64,000 bases of DNA. It comes from Callorhinchus milii (Eukaryota). The notes beneath the pieces were generated by a model. That model was given only the letters and a program-made list of their open reading frames with translations, did no database searches and was not told the origin of the DNA. Positions within the stretch are counted from its first letter, which is position 1. Each line of letters opens with the position of its first letter. This document shows positions 25,725 through 38,335 of this stretch, one piece after another. Both the position numbers and the translations under genes were made by a program. The stretch lies in assembly GCF_018977255.1 (NCBI RefSeq), contig NW_024704821.1, forward strand, positions 1 to 64,000, written 5' to 3'.

Positions 25725-26712
25725 CTGTAATAAACATGGAAAAGTACGACCATTTATTATTCACTCTTTGCCTGAGTTGTTTTTTCATCGCCTGGGGACG
25801 TCCTCCCAACGAGAAAGGCGCTAAAGAAACGCGCATTGTGAGTACTGATGCTATAATAATTTAAAATTTTCATTTTAAATATCATTTGAGGTTGTCATTG
25901 ATACGCATCAACGTGCTTCACAGACGAAATTGTGAAGCGGAGTGCTCTGTATTTTTCCGGGCCAAAAGCGGCAAACAATTATGCATAGCAGGAACCCAAG
26001 AAGAGTCGTGGAGTGTGTAACAAACTACTACTTGAAAAAAAATGTAACGTATTATTGGCCCTGAAAAAGAGATGCGCCAAAGCCCTAAAAACATTTCAGT
26101 AGAGAAATGATGTTAGTTTGGAAGGTTTGTACTCCCAGGTTTATAAAGCGGAGGAGTTTAAAATGACTGATTGGTTAACAGAGGCGTTTCTGTGGAATAA
26201 GGAACCTTCCAAATATTTGCACCCTGCCCAGGAATCGAAGCAACGTCCACTCACTTGAGAGCCGAGTGCACTAAACACAGAAGCCTCATTGCTGCTCTTC
26301 AGTCTGTTTGGTTGTGTCTGTGCCATCAGTTTGCTGATAACCCGCATTGATTGTCGGCATTGGCGGAGCCACAGTCTCACGTCACCTCCTTGACATCTAA
26401 GCCGCGTTTCAGTACAACAACCACTTGCTTTTGTACAGCGGCTTTCACCGGTCAATTTTGACAGGAATTCCTGAATCAAATGTAAAGGTTATTATTATTA
26501 CTTAACTCCCATTTTTTCAAACACGAACGACTCCATCAATTGTTGCTTTTGGTTGGAAATCAGCCGCGTGTTTCCTTTGAGAGACACAGCAGCAAAGTCA
26601 CAATTTGTCAAATTAGGTCAACTGTCAGGATTGACATCTGTGCTGAGATGAAACCTTTTCTCTCCTCCTTGGAGGTTTATGTACAGCGTTGCAGTCTGAA
26701 AGAAACACTGTG

Positions 26713-27161
26713 CGTGTGATGGCACAATAATACGTAGCAGTGTCAGACAGAGCCACGGAGCACAGTGACAGAGGATCTCTTCGTGTTGGTGTCCAGTGTA
26801 GTGCTGAAACGTTGTTTTGCAAATTCAGCGCTGAAAGTTTCCCCATCATAGTCGTGTCTTCGTGTGTACAGAGGAGGCTCTCCTGGATACTGACGGTACC
26901 AGTACATAAAAGCATTGCTGAAATCAGCTGAGTAGGTGCAGCTCAGTGTTGCAGTCTGGCCTTCAGGAACAGACACTTCCACCTGTGATGGTTGGACACT
27001 GACTCCATTCGCGGTCCCTATAGCCGGAGAGAACACGTTATTAAAATTCACGCAAAGGCCAGAGGAATAATACTCAAATGATTTTTAAGGGTGAGAGAGA
27101 ATGACTTACACATCAGGCCCAACAATAATGAAATGAACAGCGCAAATGGTATCCTCTCCAT
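26713..27161 (-). pseudogene. Family Y V gene with a 2-nt deletion in FR3 (leader 27110-27161, V exon 26713-27017)
   Basis: Leader MERIPFALFISLLLGLM|gtaagt. V open through …TATLSCTYSADFSNAFMYWYRQYPGEPP…RSSVTV, then shifts to SVALSDTATYYCAIT. Good RSS (26706-26712, 23 nt, ACATAAACC). Confidence 0.8.
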
Positions 27162-28029
27162 TTATCCAAGTGTCTCGTAAATGATTTGATAGGAGCTTTA
27201 GAGATAATGGGATGTTTCCTCAAATGGCCTTGAAAGCAGAGGTGGAACCAATATTCAACACAGCACCGATGAGCAACTTCTTGGCGTCAGACGACTATGG
27301 TGATAGGCCCCACCTCCGGATTTTGGAGATCTACTTTCTAAAATGTCGCTCTCATGCAATGCTGCGAGTGTACTGCAGTGTGTTGTCCAGCAGCTTATTT
27401 GTTGGAAAGTTTGCCTGGCAAGCGAGAGACCCGGGTTCGATTCCCAGGCAGTGCGCAACGTTAGACAAGTTTACTTACGCCATATGCATCTGTTCACCCG
27501 GCAGTCATTAGATTGTTACCTGGTTGACTGACAGCTTTTCTGCGGAGTAATTATTGCTTGAAAAATGATAAAAATGATAATAATTTCATCACTCAAACCA
27601 AACATGCTTATGGGACATTGCTGCATGTCGGGAAGCAACAACAAGAACCATATTGCATTTGTTGAGCACCTTTCACGACGCGAGGACGTCTTAGACAGAG
27701 TTATGTATCCGAGCTGGGGGTCGGGTTGGGGCAGGTTGGAGGGTGGTGGGAGAACCCTTGGGAGAAGCAGGAGATGGATAGCACGGACGAAGAGGAGGGT
27801 GTTGTGATGGGTCTTGAAGGTGGCAGAGGATGGGGCGATGCGAGGGGACTGAGCGAAACGACATAAAGCGCTTCACGGGATATACTGTCATGTGCGGGGA
27901 CTGTATTTTATGTCTGTTCTGCATTCCGTCTTCTTTCGCATTGTCAAACACACAATACTACAAATGTGTTTGGATGTTTTCCTTTGCAGACAACACTTAA
28001 CAACGTGGTACACCTGGCTTTCATTACTT

Positions 28030-28355
28030 GTGGAATCCTGTAGCTCAGTGGTCAGAGCACTCGCTTTGCAAGCGAGAGACCTGAGTTCAATTCCAGGCAG
28101 AGGGCGAAACCTTGGGCAAGTTTCCTTACTCCACACAGAGCCTAATAATAATCCCTTCAAAAAACAAAACAATAATAAATTGGTCATTTTCAATCTACGA
28201 CTGTTTGTGGGACATTGCTGTGCGCAATTGGCCTCCGCGTTCGCCCACAAATATACAGTCAATTCACTTTACAGTGTGTTCTGTGAAGCGCTTTGGGACG
28301 TCCTCCCGACGTGAAAAGCGCTATGTCAAATGCAAGGATTATTATTATTATTATT
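28030..28355 (+). mobile_element. Same SINE subfamily, full length
   Basis: Near-identical to 1440-1768. Confidence 0.85.
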
Positions 28356-28590
28356 AATGAACTGAAACGGCGACTTTTCTAGCTAACGCTTCCTTTTATT
28401 CTCTGACTTGGTTGTGACCCATAATGTTATGGAGCGACAGCAAACTGACTTGTGGTGAATGCGGATTCCCATAAAGTTCGCTGCACTCAAGTCTGACTGT
28501 GAACACACTCAGGGTTGATCAGACGGATAGACCAACTCACGATGCCAGGGTAAATATTGTACGAGCCTGTGGCTGGTTCCCATCACTGTG

Positions 28591-28790
28591 AGGATAGAGG
28601 GAGAGACAGCACAGAGATGCACAGTGCTGTTGGAAAACAGCGGCTCAGAGATGGATAATCTGGTGACAGATTGGGAAGCGAAAAACTGAGAAGAGAATCG
28701 ATAACCATTTCCTTTGCTTTTCTGCTTATTAACTGACTATCTTCGCAATGTATAGTCCGGCTTTTTGTCTCGGTAATGTCGGTACAATAA
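28591..28790 (-). pseudogene. Degenerate 3' fragment of a family Z-like V
   Basis: LYRHYRDKKPDYTLRR*…RFSSQ…LSISEPLFSNSTVHLCAV, followed by cactgtg (28584-28590) and a degenerate nonamer. 5' part replaced by a SINE tail. Confidence 0.65.
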
Positions 28791-30333
28791 AGTAATAATA
28801 ATAGTTGTTGCATTTGATATAGCACTTTACACGTCTTATCTATGTATATTTTAAATAAATAATATGTATAATCTTATAGATTATAATAATATCTCTCAGT
28901 CATGGAATGGGAACATTCAAGAGTGACGGTTTCTCATTCTTTCTTCTCCATCGCTGCAGTGCACAGTGTTTTGCAGTTTCGCCCTCTTGAGGACAAAGAG
29001 TTATGCAACAATTCTGTCATTATGTTTGATGCAAAACTTGAAATAAAGCAATGATTGTGATAACAATGTGTTGTGGTTCCCAGTGGCTTATATCACCTGA
29101 GGCTCAGAGTACAGTAACACATACCGCTGTCAGTCAATGTGACGGTACAGATACTGAAGACCCCCTCCCACACACTAAATCCTCGCCTCACAATTATGTT
29201 GAGCTGTTCTGAGCCCCAAAGGGCAATTTGTCAGTGTAATAGTTCACAATGCAATACAGAATTGCGCCACTGGCAATTGTGCAGTGTTTCATTTACGTAT
29301 TGATTCGAAAGCAGTGGGAAGGAACCCGGTTGTTATTCAATAGGCGTATTGCTTTCGCTGGATCACATTTCCTCCAACACAGTAATATTTATACATTCAT
29401 TGAAGCCACGACTGTTTGTGGGTCACTGCTGTGTGCAAATGGCTGTTGCGTTTCACGCACAAAATTTACAGTCAATTCAGTTGTTCGTATAATCGATAAG
29501 GCGATATTAGACGTCTGGAAGTTATCTCATGTCAAATGCAAAGATTATTAATATCAAATGAGTTGACTTTGTATTTTGCAGGCGACCAATCTTGGATTGA
29601 GAGTGCATCACATTATTATAATTGTTTTTAGTCATTTAAAGGTTTAATATCAAACGAAAGCGATCCACAAATCGACTAAGTAACGGGTTCCTACTTCCTG
29701 CTTAGCAAACAGAGGCGAGTAGTGTAAGGATATTTGCACAACGTTTCGGCCTGTATGGGAATCGAACACAAGTCTTCTGAGCTGTGAGACCAGTGCTCTC
29801 ACCAGTGCGCTGCAAAATTTCAGAAATTCATCTTATTCGCTTAGTCTTTTCCCATCCACTTCCCGCGCTCTTTATGGGACATATCTGTTCGCAATTCGGC
29901 TGCCGGGACCTTTAAGACCTATCCAAGATGTGATCAGCCGTCAAATCAAACGCAATCGATTATTACACTGATGTCGGGAGACGTTTCAAAGAGTCTCACA
30001 AAACTTTATAAAATTCTGCGTGTCGGGAATTGCATTTCGACTGTTTTCTGAATTCCATCTTCTTCCTTAGAGTCAAAAATAAAACAGTTGAAATTGCTTT
30101 TATTGTTGCATTTGCAGCCCAGAGTGAACCAAAATAATCCCGTCTGTTGTGCTCAATTCGCTTATTATTTTAAACTCTGCGTTTATATTTCACACATTTG
30201 TGTGAATCTTCAGCAGACAGATTGACTTGTGGCGAACGCCAGAACTTCCTGAAAACAGACTACTCGCCTCAGCGCCACCTCACACAACTTCGATAGTTTT
30301 TGTACGAGGCTGAGACTGGTTTCCATCACTGTG

Positions 30334-31148
30334 GCTCTGAATGCACAGTAATACAAAGCAGAGTCAGACATCTCTAACTGGGAGATGGTTAATTTGCTGG
30401 ATTTTTTTGAGATCTGCAGCTCATCTGAGAAGCGAATTTTAGCAAAATTCGCTTTATGGTTGGAGTAACCGCTACAGCTCCGCAGGATATACTCGGGTTG
30501 ATTTTCTGGGCGTTGTCGGTACCAGTATAAACAATAGCTGCTCAGTGATGTAGAATAATCACTGTGCAAAGTCACTTGCCCTCCTTCTGTCTCTGTCACT
30601 GAAGGCTCCGACTGAATAACAGAATCTCCCCTGGTCAGACCTGAAACAAAAGTGTAAGTTAAATTAAAAATGAGCAGATTGAAAAAAAAAACCTACATTT
30701 GATATAGCGCTTTTTCACGTCTTTAATCGTTTCCCAACGCTTCACAGAATACACTGCGAATTGAATTGGATGTCTATTTTGTGAAAAAATACTGGCAGCC
30801 AATTGCGCACAGCAGTGTCCCAGAAACATGGCAGATTGAATGACTAATTTATCATTTTTTTTTTCTTTGAATTATTGTTCCCCCGAAAAAAATATCCATC
30901 AGTTGACTGAGAAACGGATCGTACAATTTCCAAGTGGAGTAATTCATCAAGCCCAATGTTTAGCCCTGACAGGAATCGAACCCGAGTCATGGATTGCGAG
31001 GTGAGCGCTCTGTACACTGAGCTGCAAGACTCCACCGAAAAAAGTTGTGCAACCAACATTGAGCATTGGCTGAAAGATCGGCTATTTGCCTTAATTGATT
31101 ACCTCGTAGAAAAGCAGCCAGAATCACCCAGATCAGAATTCCCTCCAT
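30334..31148 (-). CDS. TCR alpha/delta V gene, family X copy 2 (leader 31103-31148, V exon 30334-30640); Cys23->Ser with two non-canonical Cys
   Basis: Leader MEGILIWVILAAFLR|gtaatc. V ...GGQVTLHSDYSTSLSSYCLYWYRQRPENQPEYILRSCSGYSNHKANFAKIRFSDELQISKKSSKLTISQLEMSDSALYYCAFRA. RSS CACAGTG (30327-30333), 23 nt, ACAAAAACT (30295-30303). Confidence 0.85.
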
Positions 31149-32200
31149 CGTCTGAGCTCTGTCTGCAGATGCCCATTGATTACTTGTAGGATATTTGAGA
31201 CGATTGGCTCCAGCCCCAGCAGTCACTACATGTGCTGTCGCCCAATTGGTATAGTGCAGAAGGTCCTCGTGATCAGAAACACTTTGCAACCAATTAATCT
31301 TTTATGACTCAAACCATAGAAAAATAAGATCGTGGATCATAGCTGAACAAAAGGAGGCTATTCGCTCCACTGTGACTGCTTCTATTCTACTAAAGATCTA
31401 AGCAAACAGTCCCACTACCCAAACATTTCCCCTCGCCATGCAATTTTATTTTGAGTTATAAGTTCCAGTCCAATTCCCTTTTGACGGCTACTGTCGAATC
31501 TGTTGCCACCACACTATCAGGATGCACATTCTCAACTGCAAAAAGTCTATTGATTAAATAAATGTCTGTCAGTCTCCCCTCATGCTCTTTTGCCAATTAA
31601 CTTCAATCTGCGAAATCAATTAAGAAGCTGTAAAAGTTTAATATCGAAAATAAATGTGATGAATGATATTTATAACGAGTTAGCAATGAAATTCGATAAA
31701 CGATTAAATTATGTTACACATTTTTTTTTTACCAGAACACGATATATCACTGAAGTGTGCACAGTTAACCTTCACTGAGAAAAATGGGCCGAAATCTGTT
31801 GCCAAAGGAGCAAAGACATTATGAAAGATGGATGTCTCACAGCATTAGCCGTGGTATGACGTGAAATTTAGTGACTGTATCTATTAGTCAATTGCCAGGC
31901 AATTAACTTTGAAGTTTGTTCTGTGAAGCGCTTTGGGACGTCTCGAAGTCCTGATAAGGCGTTGCATTAAGTGTAAGGATTAATAATATTTGTTTTACTC
32001 TTTCAATACATGAAACATTCTATCACTTTTTGCTTGTGATTGGCAATGATTCACGTGTTTCCTCTGAGAGACACAGCAGCAAAGTCACAACTTGCTAAAT
32101 AGGTCAACTGTCAGGACTGACATCTGTCCTGAGATTTAACCCTTTCTCTCCTCTTTGGAGGTTGAGGTACTGTGGTGTAGTCTGACAGTAATACTCTGTG

Positions 32201-32481
32201 TCTGATGGCACATAATGTTTGCTGTCAGATAGAGCCAATGGGAACACAGCTACAGTGGATCTCTTCCTTCTCATGTACAGATTTGGCATGTGTTGTAAAT
32301 TCAGCACGGAAAGTGTCCCATCATAATCATGTCTCGTCGTGTACAGAGGAAGCTCCCCTGGATACCGACTCTACTAGAACATTAAAAAAATTCGTGAAAT
32401 AAGCAGAGTATCTGCAGCTCAGGTTTGCAGTCTGTACTTCGGTAGCAGACACTTCCATCTGTGATGGTTCACTCGCTGTTC
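32201..32481 (-). pseudogene. Family Y V pseudogene
   Basis: Homologous to family Y, with deletions and frameshifts including in the YYC region. Heptamer CACAGAG. Confidence 0.72.
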
Positions 32482-33494
32482 CTATAGCCAAAGAGAATAT
32501 ATTATTCAATGTCACGCAGAGGCCTGAGGTAAATCCCCAAATTGTTTTCGGGGTGAGAGGGATATATTTACACATCAGGCCCAATAACAGTGAATTTAAC
32601 ACACAAAGTATTTAACAGCACAAATGTGCTGCCGTGTTGTCCTACAAAGCACATAGCAACTCAACTTTACCGTCAAACTATGTGAAAAGCTTTAAGTTAT
32701 ACTCCATACCGGAATATATATAAGGACTATTGTTTCTTCATCTCCAAGATTTATTTTCTATGCTGGATTGTCAAAAAATCAACCTTGTGTTCTAACGTAG
32801 GTCAATTAACCCACAATTCTGTCTCAAACCCCATATATTTCTATATTCCAGTTGTCCATTCAATGCCATTTCGAATCAATGATTATGTTGACTTCAGCTG
32901 CTGCGAGTAATGTAATTGCAATCATTGCGTTTGATGGAATGATTGAATATTTTCAACTTTATTACACAGCAGTGTGTTAGAAATAATCGTGGATTGAGTA
33001 GCAAAACTTATATTTGCCAATAATTTTTGCAGGGGTCATTACCCCAGAAATTAATCCGACAGTCGACCAACAACCGCGTTCCTGCTTATTGCAAGAAAAA
33101 GAGGGACGCGAGTATTGAGTAAAGAAACTTGTCCAACTTTTCGACTGCCTGGGAATCGAACCACGTCCTCTCACTCACCACTGAGGTTAAATTCTCCACT
33201 GAGATCAACATATCAACTTAAAAAACTGTGTGAAAATGTATGTCGCATCATTTTAAGAGATCAATCTTACAAACAAAAAAACTGGCTGCTGTATTTTTAC
33301 TACAAATTGATTTGAAATGAACGGAATAAGGTGTAAGCCACGGCGGCAGCAGGAAAGTGTTAGTTACACTGTCTCTCACTAACTGTACTGTATTGTAGTG
33401 TTTGTTACACTCTCTGTCGCTAACTGTACTGTTTCCCAGCTTTGGCTGTGATGAGGGTTATTGTACGAGGCTTCCTATGATGTGTATCACTGTG

Positions 33495-33796
33495 GTGCAG
33501 ACTGAGTGCACAGTGATACATAGCGGAGTCTGTCAGCCGCAGTCCCGCGATGGTTAAAACGCTGATTTACTTGGCAGTGTCAAGAGAAGCAGAAATGTGA
33601 TCTCCAGTGGGGTTTCCTCCCTCTCCTGAGGGGTTTCTATGGAGCAGGTATTTGAGTTCCTCGCCAGGGGACTGACGGTACCAGGAGACGCTGAAATTCT
33701 GTCCACAGAATCCTGAATATTGGCGATGTAAATTTATCCTCTCACCAGCAAAAGCACTTTGCTCAGGCGGTGACTGGGAAACTGTATAACTGGATC
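33495..33796 (-). pseudogene. Supporting TCR-delta V of cassette 2, pseudogene
   Basis: Same 302-nt exon as 16100-16401, but Cys23->Arg (LHRQY) and in-frame TAA after LDTAK. CDR1 Cys retained. Intact 23-RSS (heptamer 33488-33494, nonamer 33456-33464). Confidence 0.87.
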
Positions 33797-34613
33797 CTGC
33801 GGGATGCAAATTACAGGTTACTTAGAATTATGGCATCATGGAACCTAACCCAAACACAACCCTTTCAGGCAGTGCATTGCAGACTGTAACAACTTTCTTT
33901 GCAAATAAATACTGATTATCTCACCTCTGGACCCTTTACCACTTAAAATCAATTTGGGTTCTCTGGTTACTGAAAGGCTGACCAATGAGAATATTTTATA
34001 TTTATCTGCTCTATCAAATCCCTTCGCAAATATGAACACTTCAATCAGATCTCCACTCAACCTTCGGTCTCTAAGCAGAACACTACCAGAGACCCGAGTA
34101 TCTTCATTTGAATGAAACCTCTCGCCCTGGGCATCATTCAATAAAATCTCCTTCGAACCCTGTCCACGACCATAGCACTTTCCCCAACGTGTCCGTGAAA
34201 AACTTTATACTAAATGTAAGAATCACTGTTCAATCAACAGTAGAAAGAGACGAGGAATGGATAAATTTAGAGTGCTGCTCTGCACCATCCAACGTGTGGC
34301 TATTGCTGTGACACCATTGTTATGATCGCTCATCAATGCAACGTTTAATTAACTTTTTTTAATCTTATACTTTGCCTATGTTCATGGGAATGTTTATCAG
34401 AGAATCAGGTGTCAGATTGTGCCGTTAAATCAGTGGGTTTACAGTTGAGGCAAATAGAAAGTTTCCTGCTGTAAATGGCGTTACTTTAACACCTCTGCTG
34501 GAGGAGGTTTGTCTCTGACTTGTTGCCAATATCAGTTTCCCTCTCAGTGTTTGAGCTGCTAATTGAAGGAAAATACCCTCTTTCTCTATCTCTCTCTATC
34601 TCCCTCTTTCTCT

Positions 34614-34768
34614 NNNNNNNNNNNNNNNNNNNNNNNNNNNNNNNNNNNNNNNNNNNNNNNNNNNNNNNNNNNNNNNNNNNNNNNNNNNNNNNNNNNNNNN
34701 NNNNNNNNNNNNNNNNNNNNNNNNNNNNNNNNNNNNNNNNNNNNNNNNNNNNNNNNNNNNNNNNNNNN
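34614..34768. other. Assembly gap (155 N)
   Basis: Run of N at the cassette 2 microsatellite. Confidence 1.
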
Positions 34769-34929
34769 TATCTTTTCCACCCTTTCGTTCTCTCTTAATC
34801 GCTTTTCTTTCTTTCTTTCTTTCTTTCTTCGACTTTCATATCTTACATATTCAGAAATCGATGCGTACCAGCAAGCTTGATATTAACTTTTATACATTTA
34901 TTAAATGTATAAATTTAAATGATATTACT

Positions 34930-35360
34930 TTTATAGAGCGCCTTTCACGTCGGTAGGAAGTCCCAAGGCGCTGGACCAAGTTGGGTCAGGATCCGAGCAG
35001 AGGAGAAATGGTCAGGGTGAGTGGAGGGAAGGGAGGGAGCGAGGAGGTGGTAGAGAGTCGAGAGAGGAGCTGACGGCAATGTGAAAGAGAAAGGTCTTGA
35101 GACTGGCCTTGAAGGAGGAAAGGGAGGAAGCGGCGAAGGCACTGGGGATAGGGTTCCAGAGCCTCGGGGCTGAGAGGCTGAAGGCCACCGATGTTAGAGC
35201 GGTTGGGACGGGGGATGTGGAGCAGACCTGAGCCAAGGAACGGAGGGTCCGGGCACGTATGTCGAGGGACAGGAGGTCGGAGAGGTAGGAGGGAGTAACG
35301 CCGTGAATGGCCTTGTAGGCGAGGATGAGGATCTTGAATTCGATCCTCTGGGGCTCGGGA
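34930..35360 (-). mobile_element. L2 LINE 3' fragment
   Basis: Encodes ILILAYKAIHGVTPSYLSDLL…AFSLSAPRLWNPIP, typical of the L2 ORF2 C-terminus, followed by an L2 3' tail. Confidence 0.8.
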
Positions 35361-35785
35361 GAAGTTTATATAATATTACACATTGCAGCCAGTTCAGTTC
35401 GAAAGAAACCCCACTTCCTGGGAGAATTGTTGAGGATAGGGAGTTTTATCATTTCCTTTGACCCAAGATATCTTGCTTCTAGTAAACACCGGAATTTACA
35501 GTCAACAATTCCTCCGGGTATATCTTTTTGGAACCAATATCCAGACAAAGTTAGTGACTTTACAAAACATAAAATAAAAGCTGGTCATTTGAGGAACAGG
35601 CTTCATATTCGGAGCTCAGTAATCTTTCTGCAACACAGAATGTCTTTTTCTTCATAATTGCTAATGTCGGTTGTAGGAAAGGCTCAGTTGTAAATAATTG
35701 GTAGCCATCGTTTAGAATAATACATTTTACAAATTGCCGTGAATAACGTTCCATTGTAGCACTAAATAATTGTTTTATCACTTAC

Positions 35786-35880
35786 TTTCCGTTACAGTTA
35801 AAATAGTTCCTGTTCCGTCTTCTGTGTATTCATCACAATACCACAGTCACACAACTCTCATCCTACACAGTGCAAAACCT
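35786..35880 (-). other. NAR-TCR cassette 2 J segment (coding 35786-35841) with 23-RSS
   Basis: Encodes YCDEYTEDGTGTILTVTE + GTAAGT donor. Heptamer cacagtc 35842-35848, 23 nt, gcaaaacct 35872-35880. Confidence 0.87.
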
Positions 35881-36192
35881 GTTGAATCAGATCATGGTTT
35901 AACACTGTCACAAATAAAACTAGATGTTGACAAATGGGTCAATAATTTCGATTTGTCCAACACTTTCCGATCTTCAGACATTTTATTTGTCCAAATCGTG
36001 TTTCTCTTCATTATTTCCACCCAAATGCTGACGAAGTTGACGGCCCAGCGAACAGCTTTCTGCAAAATTGATGCAAAATATCAGCTTGAAATAAATAATA
36101 TTGAGAGTAAGCTTTCGACATATTCAGCAGCATAAAATACGACACAATTTTCAGTGATCAAGTCTGATGTATTTTCATGAAAATAGCTGCGC

Positions 36193-36264
36193 GGTATTTG
36201 TGCTGATGTTTTGCACTGTGACCATCCCAACTATAGCACAGTATTTAATGTCAACACAAAAACC
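36193..36264 (-). other. NAR-TCR cassette 2 D segment (36221-36236, CTATAGTTGGGATGGT), 12/12 RSS
   Basis: + strand cacagta 36237-36243, 12 nt, acaaaaacc 36256-36264. Other side cactgtg 36214-36220, 12 nt, ggtatttgt 36193-36201. Confidence 0.88.
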
Positions 36265-36617
36265 AATGGTTTGAACTACAATTGATATGTGTTCTGCAAT
36301 TTAATAGCAACCAATCAATGACATAACGTGTAAAATTCTTTGGAATATTGTCCCAGTAGGACTTTGCATGTCTCTGCAATAAATTGTTATTGATATTAAA
36401 CCAGGCAGAATTCTTACGACAGATTCATAATCATTTTTCCTAAGTATTCATAACTAATAGTCGTCTCTTAAATGAAGTGATATTAAACATCACTGTACAT
36501 CTCGCAGCAATGAGGAATGCGCATTGAACTCACTGACAAGTTCACATTCTCTGTGGTTTACCTGTGAGTTGGTGATTGGGCTTTTTGTATTGTTGGAAGC
36601 CCAGATACAGCATTGTG

Positions 36618-37342
36618 GACAACCACCAGCGCTGTCCCATCTCCAGAGATATCGAGCCTTCACGGTAATAGTCAGCGCTGTCATCAACTTGCAAATTATT
36701 AATTTCCAGAGAAGAGGACCACGATTCCATGTCTGTCTTTGCAACAAACCGTCCTTCACGAGGAATGCGATTGCAATCTCTTTCATTTGGAAACCGCCTA
36801 TAAAACTCCATACTTTGGAATACGCTTTGATAACTTGCTGAGGAGACACAGTTGATGGTTAAAGAGTCGCATTCGTCTCTCCAAACAGGAGACCGTGTCT
36901 GCGTTACTTTAGCGCTGAAAACATCTGATAATTATTCACAATATTACATCAGTTTAACAGATCTTCAAATTTGACCACTTCTATTGCAAATCCACTGCAA
37001 GTTTTGGCTTGATCTCCCTTGATGTCAGTTGATATAATATAATCAGGATTGTGTAATATAATTATAATATTAATTTACACATATGATTATAATGTATAAT
37101 AAAATTGAAGTAAAATAATTGCCTGCCGCGTTTTGCCGATAAAATTCAGCACACAAACTATTATTTGAAGCGACTTGAGACGTCCCATCTACATGGTAAC
37201 GCTATACATCAATTCCAAGGATAATTTATATTGTGCAACTTTGTACTGACGACATTCACTGCTGCAGTGTAGTGCTGTTTTACGGGAACAAACACTTACA
37301 TTGTAAGACGAGGAAGGAGATGGAGACACAGAGGAGAGACAT
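36618..37342 (-). pseudogene. NAR-TCR cassette 2 IgNAR-like V (leader 37300-37342, V exon 36618-36924), Cys104 lost
   Basis: Leader MSLLCVSISFLVLQ. V YVFSAKVTQTRSPVWRDECDSLTINCVSSASYQSVFQSMEFYRRFPNERDCNRIPREGRFVAKTDMESWSSSLEINNLQVDDSADYYR: Cys104->Arg plus a 1-nt shift relative to cassette 1. RSS CACAATG (36611-36617), 22 nt, ACAAAAAGC (36580-36588). Confidence 0.85.
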
Positions 37343-38140
37343 CCTCTCACCGCTGGGAGGTACCGTCAGCTCAGGACACCTCAGAGTGACTGTGAGTAAC
37401 ACAGAGCTGTTCTGTAAGAGTGTTGGAGACTTGGTTTATTTGTGATGAACAGCGTCACATCATGGCTGCTGTCAGCGGCTTTGAGGGGTGGGCGGTGTGT
37501 GGTTTGGGGGTGGAGGGGAAGAACATACATGAGGAAGGGGACTGATTAACTGTGCCCGAGAGCAATGGGCAGAGAGGGGGATTTGGGGATGACTGTTGGA
37601 CTCTCATTTAGGTTTAAATGGACAATTGACGGGGATGACAACGAGAGGGAGTATAACCTGTCACTGTGAAGGGACAAAGGCTGTGTGATGTAGAGAGGGA
37701 CTTCACTGAGAATTGGGAAAGACACAGAAATAAACTATTTACACACGTTTGACTTGGAGTGAGTTCTATTGCAGTGACCAGCAGCAGGACGGGGAAGCCG
37801 GTCAATGCAGCAGTGAGATAGTGAGATATGGGTGATGATGGGTAAGAAGGAGGGAGAAATAGGGGTACAGGAGTATGTGTTGGGGTGTAATATATTTCGT
37901 GGGGATAGAAGGGGTGACAAAGAGATGAAGGGCTGCGCGGGACATGGAGGAGGAAGAGAAGGCAGCGAATATGAAGATCACTTTTCAGCATATCATGTGA
38001 AGTGGTTTACAACGACTTAACGTTATGGTAATTCACTTTATGATAATAATAATAATAATAATTCTTCTCATTGTTATTAATTCACTTTGTTACATACAAC
38101 CATTATTATTAATAATTTATGTCTCGGACCATCTGGTCCA

Positions 38141-38144
<4 letters not shown>

Positions 38145-38206
<62 letters not shown>

Positions 38207-38335
38207 GCTGGCTCTCTTTATTTAGATCCTCAGGAAATTTTCCTGCTGCACACACACCTCCACACACACACAAATATACACATACACAAAACAAACACAC
38301 ACACACATATACACACACCCAGACACACACCCTCT
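38145..38335. repeat. (TCTG)n(TC)n and CA-rich microsatellites
   Basis: Seen directly. Confidence 0.9.

Noticed and set aside
34890-34915. Palindrome TTATACATTT-ATT-AAATGTATAA
   Set aside because: Short AT-rich hairpin at an L2 tail junction, absent from the paralogous cassettes.
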